Source: Collimonas sp. UBA1456 (GTDB lineage: Bacteria > Pseudomonadota > Gammaproteobacteria > Burkholderiales > Burkholderiaceae_D). From it: a stretch of 55,960 nucleotides of DNA. The translations under genes and the position numbers were made by a program. Positions 51,718-55,960 of the stretch are shown in pieces (the stretch's first letter is position 1; each line of letters starts with the position of its first letter). The stretch covers positions 1 to 55,960 of the forward strand of contig DCSW01000102.1 in the NCBI GenBank assembly GCA_002325825.1, read 5' to 3'. The notes beneath the pieces were generated by a model that saw only the letters and a program-made list of their open reading frames with translations, made no database searches and was not told the DNA's origin.

Positions 51718-52869
51718 TCAAAGGTGCCCTTCATCCACCAGAAACAAGCGCCTGTGCTCGCGTATTGCATAGCGATCGGTCATGCCAGCAATGTAATCGG
51801 CAACCTGCCGCGCCTGTTGCTGCAGACTGCGCTGACCATCGACAGGTAATCGATAGTTCGGCGGAAGAAGTGCCTGCTCACTGGTAAAACACGCATACAA
51901 CTCGGCCACGATACGACGCGCCTTGCTGTTCATCCGATTGACCAGATAGTGCCGATACAAGTTTTCACGTAGGAAGCGCTTGAGAATGGTAGCCTGCTGC
52001 GCCATGCCATCGGAAAATCCAATTAGCGGCGGCGCATTACGCACATCTTCCGACGTTTGTACCCGTGCGTCGAGAATCCGCCGCTGTGATGTCTGGATCA
52101 GATCGGCAATCAACGCATTGATCATACGCCGCACGGTTTCATTGATCGCACGGCGCCCGCTCAATCCAGGAAAAATTCGCTCTACCTCACGGCTATGCAA
52201 CGCATAGAAATCGATCTGGTTCATTTGCGCCAGCGTCAGCAAACCCGAACGCAAACCATCGTCGACATCATGATTGTTGTAAGCGATCTCATCCGCCAGA
52301 TTCGCCACTTGCGCCTCCAGCGTCGGCTGTTTGCGATCGATGAAACGCTGACCGATAGCGCCGAGCTTGTGGGCATTGGTCAACGAACAATGCTTGAGAA
52401 TCCCTTCACGAGTTTCGAACATTAGGTTCAAGCCATCAAACGCGCCATAGCGCTGCTCTAGTTGATGGACCACCCGCAGGCTTTGCAGGTTGTGCTCGAA
52501 GCCGCCATGCGGCTCCATGCAGGCATTCAGCGCATCCTGACCGGCATGGCCGAACGGCGTGTGGCCCAAATCGTGCGCCAACGAAATCGCTTCTACTAGA
52601 TCTTCATTCAGTTGTAGGTTGCGCGCAATCGAGCGGGCGATCTGCGCCACTTCAATACTGTGGGTCAGACGGGTGCGGAACAGGTCGCCCTCATGATTGA
52701 GAAATACCTGGGTCTTGTACTCGAGCCTGCGGAAGGCAGTGGAATGGACGATGCGGTCGCGGTCGCGTTGGAACTCGGTGCGCGCGCTGGGCGGCGCCTC
52801 TTCAAACAAACGTCCTCGCGACTGCGCAGAATGTGCGGCATAGGTGGCGAGAGGCACTTCCGGGTTCAT
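51718..52869 (-). CDS. dgt: dGTP triphosphohydrolase
   Basis: [26 protein letters not shown] and DYIAGMTD motifs. Confidence 0.96.
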   Translation of the reverse strand: MNPEVPLATYAAHSAQSRGRLFEEAPPSARTEFQRDRDRIVHSTAFRRLEYKTQVFLNHEGDLFRTRLTHSIEVAQIARSIARNLQLNEDLVEAISLAHDLGHTPFGHAGQDALNACMEPHGGFEHNLQSLRVVHQLEQRYGAFDGLNLMFETREGILKHCSLTNAHKLGAIGQRFIDRKQPTLEAQVANLADEIAYNNHDVDDGLRSGLLTLAQMNQIDFYALHSREVERIFPGLSGRRAINETVRRMINALIADLIQTSQRRILDARVQTSEDVRNAPPLIGFSDGMAQQATILKRFLRENLYRHYLVNRMNSKARRIVAELYACFTSEQALLPPNYRLPVDGQRSLQQQARQVADYIAGMTDRYAIREHRRLFLVDEGHL

Positions 52870-54593
52870 CGTGGCATCTCCCCCGAGGCCAGTTGCTGAA
52901 TAGTCGCCAGCAGTGCATCCTGCGGCGCCGCGCTGATTAGATAACTGCCCAGCGGTTTCATTAAAACAAACCTAATTTGTCCGCCTTCGTTTTTCTTATC
53001 GACCTGCATCAAATCCAGCCAGCGTTGCACGCCAAGATTCGGCGCCTCGGTGGGCAGGCCTGCTGCACGCACCAGCGCACACAGGCGCTCCTTGTCGACC
53101 GCAGTGATGTAGCCGAAGCGATGCGACAGATCCGCCGCCATGACCATACCGCAACCAACCGCCTCGCCATGAAGCCATTTGCCGTAGCCCAGGCCGGACT
53201 CAATCGCGTGGCCAAAGGTGTGACCGAAATTGAGGATCGCGCGCAAACCGCTTTCGCGCTCATCTTGCCGCACCACGTCAGCCTTCAGATCGCACGAACG
53301 ACGGATCGCATAAGCCAGCGCGGCGTTGTCGCGCGCCATCAATTGATCGATATTGTCTTCAATCCATTTGAAGAATGCGGCATCGATGATGGCGCCGTAT
53401 TTGATCACCTCAGCCAGACCGGCGGAAAATTCGCGATTCGGCAAAGTATGCAGTGTCAGCGTATCGGCAATCACCGCTTGCGGCTGGTAGAATGCACCAA
53501 TCATATTCTTTCCGAGCGGGTGATTGATGCCGGTCTTGCCGCCCACCGACGAGTCGACCTGCGCCAGCAGTGTGGTCGGAATTTGCACGAACGGAATACC
53601 GCGCATATAGGCTGATGCGGCGAAGCCGGTGAGATCACCGATCACGCCGCCGCCCAACGAGACCAGCGAAGTCTTGCGATCGCACTTGGCGGCCAGTAGA
53701 CGATCAAAAATGTGCATCAGGCTGACCCAGTTCTTTTCTTCCTCGCCATCTGGCAAAATAATTTTCAGTACGCTTTTGCCAGCCTCCTGTAAAGTCTGCG
53801 TCAGGCGCTGCAAATACAGCCGCGCCACCGTGGTATTGGTGACCACGGCGACCTGACGGCCGCTGATCAGGCGCGCAATATGATCGCGATCGCCCAGCAG
53901 CGAAGAGCCGATCTCGATCGGGTAGCTGCGCTCGCCCAACTCAACCTGCAGGCTGATGGTTGGGACAGAGCTGGTAGAAGAAATCGGTTTGGTCATAAAA
54001 GGATTCGATGAGATATTGATGGTTCCGCTTGTATGGCTGTCCCCGGATTGAGCCGTCTCTGCCGCAGAGTCCGAATCGTCAGGAAGCAGGTCAAGCTGGC
54101 TCAGGATGCTGTGCACCAAGAATTGTATGTTAGGCCGACCGGTGTTGATGACAATATCGGCCACCTCGCGATAAAACGGTTCTCTTTGCAGAGACAGTTC
54201 CTTCAGACAGCGCCACGGATCTGCGGTTCGCAGCAATGGCCGGATTTTGTCGCGGCTGGTACGTTGAATAATGTTATGGACGCTGGCCCGCATATAAATG
54301 ACGGTACCGCGAGCTTTCAGATATTCGCGATTTTCCGCATTCAGAATGGCGCCGCCACCGGTAGCCAGCACAATCCCGCTGCGCGCGCTAAGATCCCGAA
54401 TCACCTCTGCTTCGCGTTGCCGGAAGCTTTGTTCGCCTTCAATTTCAAAAATCAACGGAATCGAGACGCCGGTTCGAGCTTCGATTTCATGATCGGAATC
54501 AATGAATAATTTGTTGAGTTTCTTTGCCAGGCAACGTCCGACCGTAGTCTTGCCCGCGCCCATCAGACCGACCAGAAAGATATTGCATTTCAT
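52866..54593 (-). CDS. aroKB: Fused shikimate kinase / 3-dehydroquinate synthase
   Basis: GLMGAGKTT kinase domain, linker, then [16 protein letters not shown] and [10 protein letters not shown] in one frame. Confidence 0.95.
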   Translation of the reverse strand: MKCNIFLVGLMGAGKTTVGRCLAKKLNKLFIDSDHEIEARTGVSIPLIFEIEGEQSFRQREAEVIRDLSARSGIVLATGGGAILNAENREYLKARGTVIYMRASVHNIIQRTSRDKIRPLLRTADPWRCLKELSLQREPFYREVADIVINTGRPNIQFLVHSILSQLDLLPDDSDSAAETAQSGDSHTSGTINISSNPFMTKPISSTSSVPTISLQVELGERSYPIEIGSSLLGDRDHIARLISGRQVAVVTNTTVARLYLQRLTQTLQEAGKSVLKIILPDGEEEKNWVSLMHIFDRLLAAKCDRKTSLVSLGGGVIGDLTGFAASAYMRGIPFVQIPTTLLAQVDSSVGGKTGINHPLGKNMIGAFYQPQAVIADTLTLHTLPNREFSAGLAEVIKYGAIIDAAFFKWIEDNIDQLMARDNAALAYAIRRSCDLKADVVRQDERESGLRAILNFGHTFGHAIESGLGYGKWLHGEAVGCGMVMAADLSHRFGYITAVDKERLCALVRAAGLPTEAPNLGVQRWLDLMQVDKKNEGGQIRFVLMKPLGSYLISAAPQDALLATIQQLASGEMPR

Positions 54594-54668
54594 GTACACC
54601 GCACCATTTCACCACTCAATCTTTTGCTCAAATGCGGACACCAAAATAGAACCGGCGTCCCTGAACAA

Positions 54669-55238
54669 TTAGTGCGCAGCAACCCGGCTAATCACAATTT
54701 TCGTGTGTCAGAAAAATCAATAATTCAGTTTTTCTGTTAACTACCACCGCTTGTCTGAACAAGATACCCTAGAACCAGCATATCTCCAAGCAGTGGTGCT
54801 TTATTAACATCTTTCGAAATTATTTGAGTATCAATGCTGCCGATCATCACCGTGCCGCCATTTTCAACCTGAACCTAGATCTTGGCGTACTTGGTATTGA
54901 TCGAAACGCTGCCGGGAATTGTAACGCGAACACTGTCGCTGGTCACATCAACAGTCAGGATAAAATTGCCGTCAAGGGGTGATTTGCGAGGTGACTTCAA
55001 ATTTCAGGTTGGATTTCTTGAACTCGACCGAAGTGGCGGCGCTGCGGGTCGCATTCTGATAAGGAATCTCAGTACATTGCTCGATCAGTACTTTCTGCTG
55101 GTCAGCGATAAACATACGCGGACTGAAGATAATCTTATTTTGTCCGTCCTCTTTCAGAGGAGATAACTCGATGCCGATGAATTTGGATGCTGCTGCATTG
55201 AACAGGCTCAATGCCATCGAACCAGCGAAACCAGTGCT
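54669..55238 (-). pseudogene. pilQ: Type IV pilus secretin PilQ, C-terminal remnant
   Basis: IEQCTEIPYQ..LKFEVTSQITP, VENGGTVMIG, PLLGD and ELLIFLT; upstream of aroK. Confidence 0.85.
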
Positions 55239-55578
55239 CGGATAACAGCGCATCCATCTCTGCCTTGCTGGGAAGCTGCTTCTCAAGCGAGACCACATAT
55301 TTGGTGACCTGCTTCTTCTGCTTGCTCAGCGCGCCGAGATTGATAGCCTGCTGGATTTTTGAGTTGTAATGCTCTTTTTAGCTGCAATTCCTTCTGCTCG
55401 CCGGCACTCAACTCATCCTGCTGGTCACTCCAGTAAAAACACCAACCGATCAACCAGCACCAAAAAATACGCCGACCCCACTCAGCACGCGCGGAACGAT
55501 CGGCAATTGGCCAAGATGGCAGCCATTCAGCACGCGGAACTGGGCCTCCAGCGAGGTGCTCAAATTATTCAAATCCAT
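55239..55578 (-). pseudogene. pilO: PilO N-terminal remnant joined to the pilQ remnant
   Basis: ..QQAINLGALSKQKKQV..LEKQLPSKAEMDALLSE. Confidence 0.8.
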
Positions 55579-55634
55579 GATTGCGCGTCTCTCATCTCAA
55601 GGTTGCGGGGTGCGGCTGCGGCATCAGCTATTTT

Positions 55635-55805
55635 TTAGGCATCGTTCCACTCGGAAGGGCTCTTGATGCCTACGTTGACGGTAAACGCAAACACATGCTT
55701 GCTGTCCCTACCAGTACCGCCTATCGTGGCGGAGCGAATTTCAATCAGGCCCAGACGCTCAAGCCAGGCCGAATTATCGCTCAAATTATGCAGCAGCTCG
55801 GAGTC
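55635..55805 (-). pseudogene. pilN: PilN C-terminal remnant
   Basis: SELLHNLSDNSAWLERLGLIEI..FAFTVNVGIK, against the family pattern SELLRNL..SPWLERPELIEI. Confidence 0.65.
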
Positions 55806-55960
55806 TCAATGCCAGAATGAAGATGTACCAAATGACGCGTTAAACGTGTACCAATTCTGGTTAATAAATAGAGCTGTTCAGGTCCTGTATTTTTCTCTTT
55901 TCACCCCACCTTGCACTGCGGGGCAGAATTAGGGGGCGGGCAAAGCGCAGCGTAGCCGTT

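Overview
This window comes from a betaproteobacterial chromosome. Gene order and protein style suggest Oxalobacteraceae: an aroK-aroB fusion, a GltB starting MQAQGLYDP, and the his-tat-degQ-nif3 order. The genome appears to be in active erosion. I count about 37 intact CDS: gltS, degQ, tatABC, HIT, his genes, an orphan DNA methyltransferase, murA, bolA, mla genes, gltBD, ssb, uvrA, a PhyH-family dioxygenase, kdsDC, lptCAB, hpf, dgt, aroKB and one hypothetical. They are interleaved with about 28 recognisable pseudogenes or fragments: IS21 relics, TetR and acyl-CoA dehydrogenase, hslR, nif3, an ABC-2 pair, a RAYT transposase, a catecholate siderophore cluster with its TonB receptor, MFS, PepSY and Kef transporters, rpoN, and pilNOQ. 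Long genes such as gltB (4.7 kb) and uvrA are unbroken, so the decay is unlikely to be sequencing noise; it looks like a recently host-restricted lineage. The most unusual signal is that several lesions coincide with inverted repeats. These include a ~209-bp inversion inside a TetR gene, a hairpin-templated insertion, a 16-bp inverted repeat at the nif3 frameshift, and perfect 18-bp and 20-bp palindromes next to deletion junctions. Together they suggest template-switch (quasi-palindrome) mutagenesis as a recurring route to gene loss. The his operon lacks hisC and carries an intact orphan methyltransferase. All gene calls come from reading the sequence and recalled family motifs; no searches were run.
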